The notes beneath the pieces were generated by a model. That model did no database searches. It was not told the origin of the DNA and worked only from the letters and a program-made list of their open reading frames with translations. This document shows, in pieces, positions 27,039 through 36,274 of a DNA stretch of 56,257 nucleotides. The translations under genes and the position numbers were made by a program. Location of the stretch: IMG/VR virus record IMGVR_UViG_3300037478_000584, positions 1-56,257 of that record; one strand, 5' to 3'. How positions within the stretch are numbered: position 1 is the first letter of the stretch; each line of letters opens with the position of its first letter. The DNA is from a virus (lineage: Duplodnaviria > Caudoviricetes).

Positions 27039-29278
27039 GGCTGCACCACGGAGTTGCCGCCGGGCGGCGCCTTGATCTTCGCCAGCTCGTCGTTCGCCGC
27101 CTTGGCGCCGGCCGCTACGGATCGGAAGTCCGCGTTCAGCTCTTTGGCAGACGCGTCCAGAGACGCCAACTCGGCCAGCTTCGAGTTGATGTCGACGCCG
27201 TGCACATCGGCCGCGTAGTCCTGGTCGATGATCTTACGGCCCGTGTTGGTGCTGATGCCATTCTCTAGGCCAGCGGCGCGGGCAATCAGATCTGCGATCG
27301 GGTTGTTCAGCAGAACGTTGTCGCTGTACTGCTCGTCCTTGGTGGCGCCAGCGATCTCGTCGGCCAGTGCGGTGCGCCTGCCATTGGCCTCAATGACGCT
27401 GTCCGCGTAGGAGGAAACGCCCGTGAGTTCATCAATGCGCGCCTGCTCCTCCGGCGTGTATTCGTCCGCCATCATGACGTAGTTCGGAATCATGGCGCCG
27501 GTTGGGTTCTCCGGATCGAAGCGCATCCCGTCCTGAACGCGAGTGCCGCGCTTGTACGTGGCGTCGTATTGGATCTGCGCGATCTCCGTCTCGGCTGCGA
27601 GCTTTGCTTCCCGAGCCGAGTTGGCGTCAGTGATCGATTCGGTGCCAGTTGGGACCTTCTTGCGCAGAATGCCCATTGACTCAAGAGCAGAAACCGCGTC
27701 GCGCGTTGCCGAGCCGAGCATGCGAAGCATCTCGGAGACTCCCTCGAAGTCGGCGCTCGCCACCCAATCTCCAAACTTGCCAGCCAGTTCCCCGACGACC
27801 GGCAGCAGCGAATCGCTCACCGTGGACTTGAACGTCTCCCAAGCGAACGTGAGTTGCGCGCTCGCTGCCGTCTGTGCGCTCGCCAGGTCGCGGCGCATCT
27901 CGGACTCTGCGTCGCCCGCATCAATGGCGCCGTTCATCATGTCGTGCAGCGCCTTCATGCCGTCCTCGCCGTTGGCTACTGCCTCATTGAAGCGCGCGAT
28001 CATGGGCGAAATTGCTCTGATGCCCTCCTCGCCAAAAACCTTCTGGAGGCCAACCATCTTCGCGTCTGTGCCGGACAGGCCCTTCTGCAGCGCACCCTTG
28101 TCCGTGACGTTCGCGATCGTCTCTGCGAGGATGTCGCGGATGTCGCGCTTCTGTCCGTCCGGGCCAGAGAGCTTCACGCCGAACTTGTTGAGGTCGACGG
28201 CCTTGGCGGATAGCTGGCGGAACGTTGCTTCGAGCGCCGACGCGGCCTGCTCCGGTGAGCCAGTGGCCGACCGTGCGATCTGCGTCAGTCCGCCGAGGAC
28301 CGCGACCGACTCGGCGCCCTTGCCGATGCCGAAGCGTTGTGCGGCTGCGGCTAGCTTGGGCAATTGAGTTGCCGCGTCTTTTAGCTCAAAGGCGCCACGT
28401 TTGCCCTGTACGGCCAACGTAGCCAAAGCCTTGTTCATCTCTTCCATCGACTGGACGTCGAACTTCTCAAAGAGATCGGCCGCCGCGTCGCCGATGTCCG
28501 TAGCGGTCGCACCGGTCGCCATGGCGATTTCCGCGAACACGCGCTGCATGTCGTCCGCGACGTCGACGCGGCCCGTCTTGGTCACGAACGCCGAGACGCC
28601 GCCCGCAACGTCCTCAGCCGATACGCCGCGGACATCCATTGCGGTCTGCTGGAATCGCTTACGGAGCGCCGTGGCGCCTTCCGCTCCACCGCCGCCCTGG
28701 ATCGAAAGGCGGAGTGCCTGTTCCTGGAGCGCGCTGCCCTGCGAGAGGGCCCGGCCGGTCATGTACGCCGCAGTCCCGGCCCCGGCCAGTGCGAGCCCTC
28801 CTAGAGCCCCTGCAACGCCACCAATCAGCCGGCCCCCAGCGGACCGGAACGCAGAGCGCCTGCCGGCCCGCGCCTCCTCAAGCCGCTTCGCCGCGGCCTG
28901 CTCGTGGCGCACCGCCGCGCGCGCGCCGGAGCGGATGATGGCGAGCTTCTGGCGCTGCACCTTCTCGGCGGACCGCTTCTCAAGCGCGGCCTCGCGCTCC
29001 AACTTGCGCTCCAAGGATCGAATCTCGCTCTGCGCCCCACGCTCGATGCGGCGCTTGCGCTGCTGCTCGGCGCGGTCGAGCGCTCGGATGCGCTGCGCCT
29101 GGGAGCGCTCCTCGGCGTTTACTACGGCGCGAGCGGAGCGCTTCGCCTCGGAGGCTTGGCCCGCGGCCGAGCGCTTCGCGCCCATGCCGGCCTTGGACGC
29201 CGCCTGCGAGATTGACTCGTACGCCTTGATGACGTCCTCGTGTCCCGAGGCGGTGAATACGAAGCGCTCGTCGCTCAT
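27035..29278 (-). CDS. tail tape measure protein
   Basis: Ala-rich helical; QGKRGAFELKDAATQLPKL, GSPEQAASALE; synteny. Confidence 0.9.
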   Translation of the reverse strand: MSDERFVFTASGHEDVIKAYESISQAASKAGMGAKRSAAGQASEAKRSARAVVNAEERSQAQRIRALDRAEQQRKRRIERGAQSEIRSLERKLEREAALEKRSAEKVQRQKLAIIRSGARAAVRHEQAAAKRLEEARAGRRSAFRSAGGRLIGGVAGALGGLALAGAGTAAYMTGRALSQGSALQEQALRLSIQGGGGAEGATALRKRFQQTAMDVRGVSAEDVAGGVSAFVTKTGRVDVADDMQRVFAEIAMATGATATDIGDAAADLFEKFDVQSMEEMNKALATLAVQGKRGAFELKDAATQLPKLAAAAQRFGIGKGAESVAVLGGLTQIARSATGSPEQAASALEATFRQLSAKAVDLNKFGVKLSGPDGQKRDIRDILAETIANVTDKGALQKGLSGTDAKMVGLQKVFGEEGIRAISPMIARFNEAVANGEDGMKALHDMMNGAIDAGDAESEMRRDLASAQTAASAQLTFAWETFKSTVSDSLLPVVGELAGKFGDWVASADFEGVSEMLRMLGSATRDAVSALESMGILRKKVPTGTESITDANSAREAKLAAETEIAQIQYDATYKRGTRVQDGMRFDPENPTGAMIPNYVMMADEYTPEEQARIDELTGVSSYADSVIEANGRRTALADEIAGATKDEQYSDNVLLNNPIADLIARAAGLENGISTNTGRKIIDQDYAADVHGVDINSKLAELASLDASAKELNADFRSVAAGAKAANDELAKIKAPPGGNSVVQP

Positions 29279-29616
29279 TGGGTGATGCGCCGCTTCAGCG
29301 CGGCAATGGCGTGACGCATGGCCATCTTCGTCTGGTCGGTCACCTGATCGAAGTTGGAGTAGCCGAGCGCGTTGACGTAGCTGGCGTAGTGCATGCCCAT
29401 CTCAAGCGAGACGACGATCTCTGCGCCTGCCTGCGCGACAATCGCGGCGGTGTTCTTGCGCAGGTCGCCGGTGCGGTCCGTGTACGGGTCCGTCGCGCGA
29501 AGCTCCTCGGCGCCACCTTCCGCAACGTCCTCCATGGTGCGCCACAGCCGGCTCAGTTCGCGCCGGGCGAGCCGCGCCTTGCTGGCCGCGTCCGACTTCA
29601 CTGAGACGCTGTACAC
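29275..29616 (-). CDS. HK97-gp10-like tail completion protein
   Basis: YTDRTGDLRKN, YASYVNALG. Confidence 0.7.
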   Translation of the reverse strand: MYSVSVKSDAASKARLARRELSRLWRTMEDVAEGGAEELRATDPYTDRTGDLRKNTAAIVAQAGAEIVVSLEMGMHYASYVNALGYSNFDQVTDQTKMAMRHAIAALKRRITQ

Positions 29617-30239
29617 TGCGCCTCCAGTTCCTTCACGCGCGCCTCAAGCCGCTCCGTCTCTTTGGTGAGCAGCACCCGATCGTCGTGCCACGCCTTCGCC
29701 ATTGCGACGACGAACGTGGATAGGTAGTCGCGATCCATGTTGGCCAGTGGCGACTCGGGCACGATCTCATCGCTGGTCGCAATGACGAAACGCACGCTAT
29801 CGAGGAAGTCGCGACTGAGCGCGCGCGGGATACCGGCCTTCGTCTTCCGGCAATCGCCGTAGATGCGAATGAGCGCGACGATCTGGTCCGTGTCGAGGTT
29901 GTCCAGCATCCACTCGGGCGATGGGAATGCGGGGAGGGACGGATCGTCCGCGTCGCGACATGCGCGCCACAGCGCCTCGACGTTTTTGATGTCGTTGAGG
30001 AAGTCCGGGTCCTGGATGAGAGTGTCGAACCCACGCTCAGCGCGACGCCGCACGGAGTCGCGGGACGCTTGGGCGTGCGCCGCAATGGCCGCCTCGCCAG
30101 CCTCGCGCGACTTGAGGATGCGGAACTCGATGCGCGGGAGTGGCTGACCCGAGTGATCGAGGAAGTCCGTGACGTCCACCTTGGCGGACCACTTGCCACG
30201 GGTCTCGATCTCTTTGGCAACTGCGGATAGGTGGGTCAT
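29598..30239 (-). CDS. tail assembly chaperone-like protein
   Basis: Between tube and tape measure; LWRAC.D...PAFPS...LDTDQIVAL. Confidence 0.6.
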   Translation of the reverse strand: MTHLSAVAKEIETRGKWSAKVDVTDFLDHSGQPLPRIEFRILKSREAGEAAIAAHAQASRDSVRRRAERGFDTLIQDPDFLNDIKNVEALWRACRDADDPSLPAFPSPEWMLDNLDTDQIVALIRIYGDCRKTKAGIPRALSRDFLDSVRFVIATSDEIVPESPLANMDRDYLSTFVVAMAKAWHDDRVLLTKETERLEARVKELEAQCTASQ

Positions 30240-30808
30240 TCTCTGTTCTCAACGAGGGCAGCACGGGCGGCACGGAACGCAAGCCACTGGCCATCAGTCA
30301 GGCGATTGAGCGGCATGCCGTAGAAGCGGTCTGGTCGCGGGATGCCGCGCTTCACGCTCTCATCAACGCTCAGCGCGAGGCGCTCAGCGAACGAGTATGC
30401 GGCGGGATGCTCGGCTCCGGAGCGCAGGTATTCGCGCCACGCGTCCCAATCGCAGTAGCGCCGCGACGGGCTCACAACGCAGAAACCGCCCCACCAACGC
30501 TCTACGATGTGCGCCAGGTCGGTTTCATCGACGCTGGTCTGTAGAACGTCAGCGGAGCGGAAAACCCTGCTTCTGCCGGACTGGAGACTGCGAACGCACA
30601 GCTCCAGGAGCCGCGCGTCTTTCTGTGATTCGCCCGCTGCGTCCGCCGCGTCGAATGCCTCCGCTTCCTCATCAGGGCGCAACGCTACGACTTGCAGCGG
30701 CGCGCTCGTGAGGCGCGAGAGGTCAATCGGCAGCGACGGCCGCGGCGTTTGGCATAGGATGCGAAAGAGCCGCTCCGCCGGCACCGTGAACGGTGGGGGG
30801 AGCAGCAT
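30236..30808 (-). CDS. tail assembly chaperone-like protein (paralog of the neighbour)
   Basis: Position after tube; FYGMPLNRLTDGQWL. Confidence 0.6.
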   Translation of the reverse strand: MLLPPPFTVPAERLFRILCQTPRPSLPIDLSRLTSAPLQVVALRPDEEAEAFDAADAAGESQKDARLLELCVRSLQSGRSRVFRSADVLQTSVDETDLAHIVERWWGGFCVVSPSRRYCDWDAWREYLRSGAEHPAAYSFAERLALSVDESVKRGIPRPDRFYGMPLNRLTDGQWLAFRAARAALVENRE

Positions 30809-30811
30809 GCG

Positions 30812-31192
30812 TCACTCGAAGATCGGCGCTGGTGACCCGAGGCTGGAGAGCGTGATGTTCTGGAGCACGGGCGCTCCGGCGCTGGACGATTGCGAGAAGG
30901 AGCGCACCAGGAAGGTGCCCTTCATCTTCTTGGAGCTTCCGATCTGTTGGACCATCAGCTCCACGGTTGCGCGCTCTCGTTTGCGCTTCTCCCAGTCGTA
31001 CTCCGCGCCGGCCTTCGGCACAGCGTTCGTCACGCTGACGTTCGTCACGTCAGGACCCGGAGCAACGCCGGTGCGACCGCCCGGAATGGTGTCGACGTCG
31101 GCGTCGTTGTTGGGCTCTTCGACCTCGACGGTCTGGTTCTGAAAGAGCAAGATGCCGTCCGCGAAGACGACCATGTTAGGGTACAGGCTCAT
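30812..31192 (-). CDS. tail tube protein
   Basis: 126 aa beta-rich ORF directly after the sheath. Confidence 0.75.
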   Translation of the reverse strand: MSLYPNMVVFADGILLFQNQTVEVEEPNNDADVDTIPGGRTGVAPGPDVTNVSVTNAVPKAGAEYDWEKRKRERATVELMVQQIGSSKKMKGTFLVRSFSQSSSAGAPVLQNITLSSLGSPAPIFE

Positions 31193-31203
31193 GGCTTACT
31201 CCG

Positions 31204-32751
31204 TCAGACCTGAGGCGACGCTTCCTGAATGGAGACGTCGGTGCCGAGGTTGTGCTGCACAGCGAACAGCGTCACGACGGTCGGGAACCGGCCCGCTCCG
31301 TCGTATTGCACGCTGAGTCGCGCCTTCATCTCAGCGAGACGAGACGGCGCGAGAATGGGCCCCTGGTAGCGGCCCTGTAGCGGCGCGCTGCTGCACAGCG
31401 AATCGAACAGGCCTTCCCACATGCCTCGAACGAGTGCGGGAACGGTGGTCTTTGCAGGAGGCGGAACGTCGCCCGTCGGATCGAAATCCGCGAACGGCTG
31501 GCGAATCTGCGCCCAGCGCTGCCGCGCCTCGTTCCAGACGAAGTGCGCCACGCTCGCGATGTGGCCCTCGCGCGCCCGATAGTCGTTGTCGCCGTCGTCG
31601 TTCATCGATCGATTCGTGATGAACCGCTTCATGACGACGCGGCCCTTCTCGACCGCGAGCGGCGTCACGCCGTTGTTGAGCTGCGACTTCTGCTCGGTGC
31701 TCGTCGGGTAGTCGGCAGCGTCGAGTGGCGCGGGAATGCCGGCCATGACGATGCCATTCGTGTTCGCCCCGGGATGCGCGATCTCCTGCGCACGGACCGC
31801 TGCGCACGTGTACGCGGCGATCTGTCCGGGAAGAAGCGGACAGTCCTCCAGTTGAATGCCGTGCGCGTACACGGAGTTCATTGGCGAGGCGACCGGGACC
31901 GTGGTGCTCTCTGCGCTGGTGCCGACCATTCCGTAGAAGAGCCGCATGTCCTTGCCGTTGATCGGCAGGGCCTGATTGGTGATTGCGACCTGCAACTCGC
32001 CGAGGCCGTTGTCAGTCGCGGTTGGCGCCTGCACGTCAGTCTTGGCCGCGACGACGTAGTAGATGTCGTCGAGGTTCGACAGCTCGATGATTGCGTTCGT
32101 CCAATCGTCCTCGGTCGCGCCGCTCGTGAGCGTCGACTTCGTGATCGTCTGGCCGTTGTCGCCGAGCGCCGTAACGGTCAGCTCGTTGAGGACATGGGTG
32201 CCGCGCGTCCCCTTGTGGGAGAATGTGACGTCGACCTTGTAGTCCGGCCCGCCACCGTCGATTGCGGCAACCGCCGTGACGGGAAGTTGCCCACCATCGT
32301 AGCTGTTGATCGCATCGGCGACGGCCGTAGCGGTGGTCGTCTCCTGGTCGCCGGACGCAACCGGAACGAAGATGCGCTCGCCGAGGAAGTCGATTCGCCA
32401 GCCACTGACCGAATCGCTGTCGTCCGCGATGACGAGCTTCAGCGCCGCCGCGGTGCCGCCCGATTCGGCCACCGGAATGGCGCGGATCTCGACGTCCTGC
32501 GCCACCATCATGAAGCGACGGAACATGGCGTGCGCTTCGGACCGGGAGCCGAACAGCGCCCTGCTGTCCGCGTCGCTTTCGATCGGGTCCGTGATGACGT
32601 CCGCCGTTGCGGTGCCGGCGGCCGTCAGGTTGCCGATCAGAACGACCTTGCGCTCGTCGGAGATGCCCGCACCGACGCCGGCCGCGAATACGAACTCGCG
32701 TGCGACGCGGGGCAGCGGATCGCTCGGATCCAACCCAGTCAGTCCAGCCAT
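31204..32751 (-). CDS. contractile tail sheath protein (Mu gpL-like)
   Basis: KVVLIG..TAAGTA, ALFGSRSEAHAM, EQKSQLNNGVTPL, RFIT. Confidence 0.9.
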   Translation of the reverse strand: MAGLTGLDPSDPLPRVAREFVFAAGVGAGISDERKVVLIGNLTAAGTATADVITDPIESDADSRALFGSRSEAHAMFRRFMMVAQDVEIRAIPVAESGGTAAALKLVIADDSDSVSGWRIDFLGERIFVPVASGDQETTTATAVADAINSYDGGQLPVTAVAAIDGGGPDYKVDVTFSHKGTRGTHVLNELTVTALGDNGQTITKSTLTSGATEDDWTNAIIELSNLDDIYYVVAAKTDVQAPTATDNGLGELQVAITNQALPINGKDMRLFYGMVGTSAESTTVPVASPMNSVYAHGIQLEDCPLLPGQIAAYTCAAVRAQEIAHPGANTNGIVMAGIPAPLDAADYPTSTEQKSQLNNGVTPLAVEKGRVVMKRFITNRSMNDDGDNDYRAREGHIASVAHFVWNEARQRWAQIRQPFADFDPTGDVPPPAKTTVPALVRGMWEGLFDSLCSSAPLQGRYQGPILAPSRLAEMKARLSVQYDGAGRFPTVVTLFAVQHNLGTDVSIQEASPQV

Positions 32752-33152
32752 CAGCTATTCCCTCCAGCCGCATCGGCCTTCTTCGGCCCGACGTTGCTCT
32801 GAGAGAGCTTGCCGGCCTGCTTCGCTGCGCCCATGAGCGCCGCTGCCTTCTGAGCGGTACGGGCCGCCACGGGCTCGCCGAGTTGCTCAAGTTCGTCGCG
32901 CGCGATCAGCTTCTTGACGCTGTGGTCCAGCTCGATCAGCACCGGCTCGGCCGAGATCGGAAAGCGCTCGCACAGCGACAGTTCGCGCACCATCACGCCC
33001 TCGCTCTTGGCGAGCTTGCGGACCGCGTCGTAATCGAGCGCAGTGCGCCCGAGGAATCGGCGCTGGCCGGTATGCGTCGGGCCGTACTCTGGTTCGCGCG
33101 GGTCGGGCACAGCAATGCCATCAACCGCCCGCACACGGACGAATCGTTTCAT
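32751..33152 (-). CDS. pre-sheath protein (Mu gp38/DUF2635-like)
   Basis: VRVRAVDGIAVPDP N-terminus; directly upstream of the sheath. Confidence 0.55.
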   Translation of the reverse strand: MKRFVRVRAVDGIAVPDPREPEYGPTHTGQRRFLGRTALDYDAVRKLAKSEGVMVRELSLCERFPISAEPVLIELDHSVKKLIARDELEQLGEPVAARTAQKAAALMGAAKQAGKLSQSNVGPKKADAAGGNS

Positions 33153-33433
33153 TCTTGTCGGCTCTCCGGGTGTAGGGAGGTCGTGGTCAGCGGCGCGTCG
33201 TTGCGTCGCGGAATGGTGCGGCTCGTGTTCGCGCTCAGCGTCTTGCGCCGAGCCGTCGAGTGAATGGCCGCCGCGCAGCCATGGGAAAGGTGCGGATGAG
33301 ACCGGAGCGCTATCCACCCTCCCGTGAGGGCGGGCTTCCGTTTGGCGTCGGTTGCTCGGCGTCGCGCATTAGCTCTGCGCCCAAAGACGCCGCCCACGCA
33401 CGCAATGGTCCACCGCGGGACCGACAATGAAGT
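33153..33433 (-). ncRNA. candidate structured leader/ncRNA upstream of the tail operon
   Basis: ~280 nt without a convincing ORF; several hairpins (see findings). Confidence 0.35.
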
Positions 33434-33982
33434 CTAGAGGAGCGCTCCGGCGCCGGTCTGAATCCAGCCCACCGCCGCGCTACGGTACTTGCACTCGATC
33501 CACTGCTCGGTTGCAGCGTCCAGCACGGCAATCGTCGAGGCGTCCAGCCCGTTCTTGACCGTGACGGTGAACGCGGCCGTGTCGTTCCGCACGATGCGGA
33601 TCGTGTCGCCCGCGATGGCGCCAGCGGTGCCGAGCGTGAGGGAGCGATTGTCCGTGAGCGGAACGCTCGGGAGCACGCGCACCAGGCCGTCGGCCACCGT
33701 GATGGTTGCGTCCGCGTCGCCCAGGTCCGCACCGAAGCGGTTGGCCACGACCCGAATGAACCGGCCCGCAGTGCCGCCGCCCGTGGGGTTGACGACGTTG
33801 AAGCCGTCAGCCGTCGAGGTGTCGTGCGGTACCCAGCGGTACAGGTCGCCCGTATCCTCCAGCACCACCCACTTCGCGGTCGGCTCGCCAGGCTCCTGCG
33901 CGAGCTTGGCCAGCGACGTGGTGCCGCTCGGCGCAGCAATGACCGTCGCGCTACGGCGGCCGTATGGGGTGCGGAGCGTCAT
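33434..33982 (-). CDS. virion decoration/fibre-like protein
   Basis: LYRW...TADGFNVVNPTGG..GRFIR; DNRSLTLGTAGAIAGDTIRIVR. Confidence 0.55.
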   Translation of the reverse strand: MTLRTPYGRRSATVIAAPSGTTSLAKLAQEPGEPTAKWVVLEDTGDLYRWVPHDTSTADGFNVVNPTGGGTAGRFIRVVANRFGADLGDADATITVADGLVRVLPSVPLTDNRSLTLGTAGAIAGDTIRIVRNDTAAFTVTVKNGLDASTIAVLDAATEQWIECKYRSAAVGWIQTGAGALL

Positions 33983-33983
33983 T

Positions 33984-34023
33984 GCTTATGGTGGTGCGCG
34001 GCGTGGCTTACAGTGGCGGGATG
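33984..34023 (+). promoter_or_regulatory. GCTTATG-class leaderless promoter (TTATGG-17-TACAGT-6-ATG)
   Basis: Seen in sequence. Confidence 0.7.
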
Positions 34024-34398
34024 AACACTCAACGAAACGAACCGCGTACGTGGACCGTGCCGGAGCCGGAGGGACCGCGAAGTCTCGCACGGGCCGACGG
34101 CGCCTTCGTGCTGGTCAATGGCTGGCAGCTACGGTACGATCCGGAGCCGGAGCACCGTGCCGCAGTGACGGCGGAGTTCCGGGCCGAGCACCAGTGTGGG
34201 CGCAGCAGCGGACCGAACCGGGCCGAAGTGCGACGGCTCTATGCGACCAGTCGCGGGCGGGCGGGGAAGTTGGCGGACCGTGAAGGGGACAGGGCGCGAC
34301 TGATGTCCGCGTTGCTGCCTGGCGGCGCCCCGGTCAGCGACGAAAAGGAGCGGGCCGCGAGGAATCGGGCCAAGGCGAAGCGGAGGGCGCGGCGGTGA
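34021..34398 (+). CDS. hypothetical protein with basic C-terminus
   Basis: Leaderless ATG; C-terminus RNRAKAKRRARR. Confidence 0.55.
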   Translation: MNTQRNEPRTWTVPEPEGPRSLARADGAFVLVNGWQLRYDPEPEHRAAVTAEFRAEHQCGRSSGPNRAEVRRLYATSRGRAGKLADREGDRARLMSALLPGGAPVSDEKERAARNRAKAKRRARR

Positions 34399-34619
34399 AG
34401 GAACGGAATCGACGCGCCGACCTCATCGCGCTGTGCGACTTGTTCATCGGCGGCATCAGGTCAGGTTATGAGGAAGACGCGCCACGCCTCAACGGGCGAG
34501 AGGCGCTCGGACTGTCCAGGTCTGACCCAGACGACGAGGCCTACTTCGAATCGCTGGGCGTGGAGATGGTCCCGTTCCTGCGTGAATTCTGGCTGGAACT
34601 GCGGGGTCGCGATGTGTGA
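34395..34619 (+). CDS. hypothetical protein
   Basis: GTGA overlap, GGAGG RBS. Confidence 0.55.
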   Translation: MKERNRRADLIALCDLFIGGIRSGYEEDAPRLNGREALGLSRSDPDDEAYFESLGVEMVPFLREFWLELRGRDV

Positions 34620-34881
34620 CCACAATGACACCGTTCCGCTGCTCGTGTTCCTGCCGGCGAGTCACTCGCACACCGGCGAGGGACGATGGGTCACGAAGCC
34701 GGTTGACCGCTGTGTCGCGCCGTTGGTTGACGCCTTGAACCGGCACGGGGTGCTCACGCTCTCGTCTTGCTGTGGTCACGGCAAGGGGCCAGGGTCGATC
34801 CGTCTGCAAGACGGGCGGGAGTTGGCGGTTCACGAGCAGTTCGTGACCAGCAAGCCGCTCAACTTTGGGGCGCAGCAGTGA
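34612..34881 (+). CDS. phage protein of the D.C.A.LV.ALN..G..T..SCCGHG family (Tyw3-N-like motif)
   Basis: VDRCVAPLVDALNRHGVLTLSSCCGHG. Confidence 0.65.
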   Translation: MCDHNDTVPLLVFLPASHSHTGEGRWVTKPVDRCVAPLVDALNRHGVLTLSSCCGHGKGPGSIRLQDGRELAVHEQFVTSKPLNFGAQQ

Positions 34882-35120
34882 GCCAAGAAACGAGGGCGCC
34901 CGATTGGCTCTCGCACTGGTACCAGGCCCAGATCGCCGATCTATGGCACGTCCCTGTAGACGACGTTACCGTGACGTCGTGGAAACCGGGAGACGGCGTC
35001 AGGGCGACGGTGACGGTGCACCAGCCTGTTCACCGGGTGACGTTCACGATCCAAGAGTGCGAACCGGAGCCGGACGCTACGGAGCCGCCACCCTCGGCAC
35101 CGCCCCGCGACGCCCCCTAG
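34878..35120 (+). CDS. small protein, weakly sheath-C-terminus-like
   Basis: VRATVTVHQPVHRVTFTIQ; GTGA overlap. Confidence 0.5.
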   Translation: MSQETRAPDWLSHWYQAQIADLWHVPVDDVTVTSWKPGDGVRATVTVHQPVHRVTFTIQECEPEPDATEPPPSAPPRDAP

Positions 35121-35298
35121 CGAGCCACAGGAGCGCTTCCGCCATGTCGGCGGGGCGCTCGTAGCCTTGCAGGTACAAGTCGCGGCACACCGCCTCAACG
35201 TCGCCGCGAGGCGTATCGGGAAACGAGGCGCGGACCGTGGTGAGGAGTGGCGCGCGGTGGGCGTGCCAGAGGGCAGCGAAGGGGTCAGGCATCGCCAA
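35077..35298 (-). CDS. small protein resembling ECF sigma region 2
   Basis: FAALWHAHRAPLL...GDVEAVCRDLYLQGYE...LLWLAR. Confidence 0.45.
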   Translation of the reverse strand: MAMPDPFAALWHAHRAPLLTTVRASFPDTPRGDVEAVCRDLYLQGYERPADMAEALLWLARGRRGAVPRVAAP

Positions 35299-35605
35299 TC
35301 ACCGTGAAGTGGTCAATCACTGCGCTCGGGCGACGCATCGGGACGACGCGGTCCGTCGTTTCGCCACGCGTGATGTCCCACCGCTCACCGTTCGGAGGCA
35401 CGTCGCCGGGCCACCGTGGGTACCAGTGTGGAGTGTGCGGCACGCATGGCAGCGGTCCGATCACGGGACCGCCCTTGCGAAGCGCTTCCTCGATCTGCTC
35501 GCCGACGGTCTTGGCTTGCTGCGGCACGCATGGGCACCGCTCGACACCAGGCGCGACGCCTCCGTTGCATGCTGGACAGAGCCAGCCTTTGCGGTCAGCA
35601 CTCAT
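35285..35605 (-). CDS. zinc-ribbon phage protein
   Basis: GWLCPACNGGVAPGVERCPC. Confidence 0.6.
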   Translation of the reverse strand: MSADRKGWLCPACNGGVAPGVERCPCVPQQAKTVGEQIEEALRKGGPVIGPLPCVPHTPHWYPRWPGDVPPNGERWDITRGETTDRVVPMRRPSAVIDHFTVIGDA

Positions 35606-35786
35606 CGCATGTCCCAAGGTCGCACGCGCCGTAGAAGGTGTCTTCCGCGACGGAGCGCTCAATCTCGCGCGCGACGCGTTGCCGCTCGCTCCGCTTGGCG
35701 GCGCGGTAGTGCTCGGTCGGCACCTTGCCGTCGCAATCCATGTTGGTTGCGTCGCGCGAGACGCGGCCTTTGATGTGGGTCGTCAC
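35595..35786 (-). CDS. hypothetical protein
   Basis: GTGA overlap with the upstream ORF. Confidence 0.5.
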   Translation of the reverse strand: MTTHIKGRVSRDATNMDCDGKVPTEHYRAAKRSERQRVAREIERSVAEDTFYGACDLGTCDEC

Positions 35787-36274
35787 AGGAACGGACTCCG
35801 CTCGCCGATGCTCTTAGCTTCGAAGTAGTCGCGGCCCGCGTCTTTCACGAGGCGCTGTAGCAAGAACTCGCCTTGCAGCGTGTCGTTGCATCCCACCTCG
35901 CGACAGGCGAGCGTGACGATGCGCCTCTCACGCATCACCGTGCGCAGGTACCCACGGTGCTCGTCGGAGAGTGCCAACGACCCATGTACCGTGACGCTTT
36001 CGACGGGAGGCATCGAGTCGTCGCGCCCTACGATCGTGTCAGGAATCGGCGACACATCCTCGATGCGCAGGTCGCGGCAAAGGCTGACGAACATCCCGTC
36101 GACGAACACCGCCACCGATTCGGGGCGCGACTCACCGGCCAGGTTCATGGCGTCCACTTCCGCCATGGCCTCGCGCAAGCAAAGCAGAGCGGTCGCCTCG
36201 TTCTTGCCGCTACCGGTCAGCGTTACGGTGACGCCAGCGGCAGGAGACTTGTCGATGCGAATCGTGCGGCTCAT
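35783..36274 (-). CDS. diverged tail-tube paralog with N-terminal extension
   Basis: Colinear motifs shared with 30812..31192 (see findings). Confidence 0.65.
   Translation of the reverse strand: MSRTIRIDKSPAAGVTVTLTGSGKNEATALLCLREAMAEVDAMNLAGESRPESVAVFVDGMFVSLCRDLRIEDVSPIPDTIVGRDDSMPPVESVTVHGSLALSDEHRGYLRTVMRERRIVTLACREVGCNDTLQGEFLLQRLVKDAGRDYFEAKSIGERSPFL

Noticed and set aside
29598-30808. Programmed -1 frameshift between tail chaperones
   Set aside because: No slippery heptamer seen near the junction; the genes have a standard ATGA overlap
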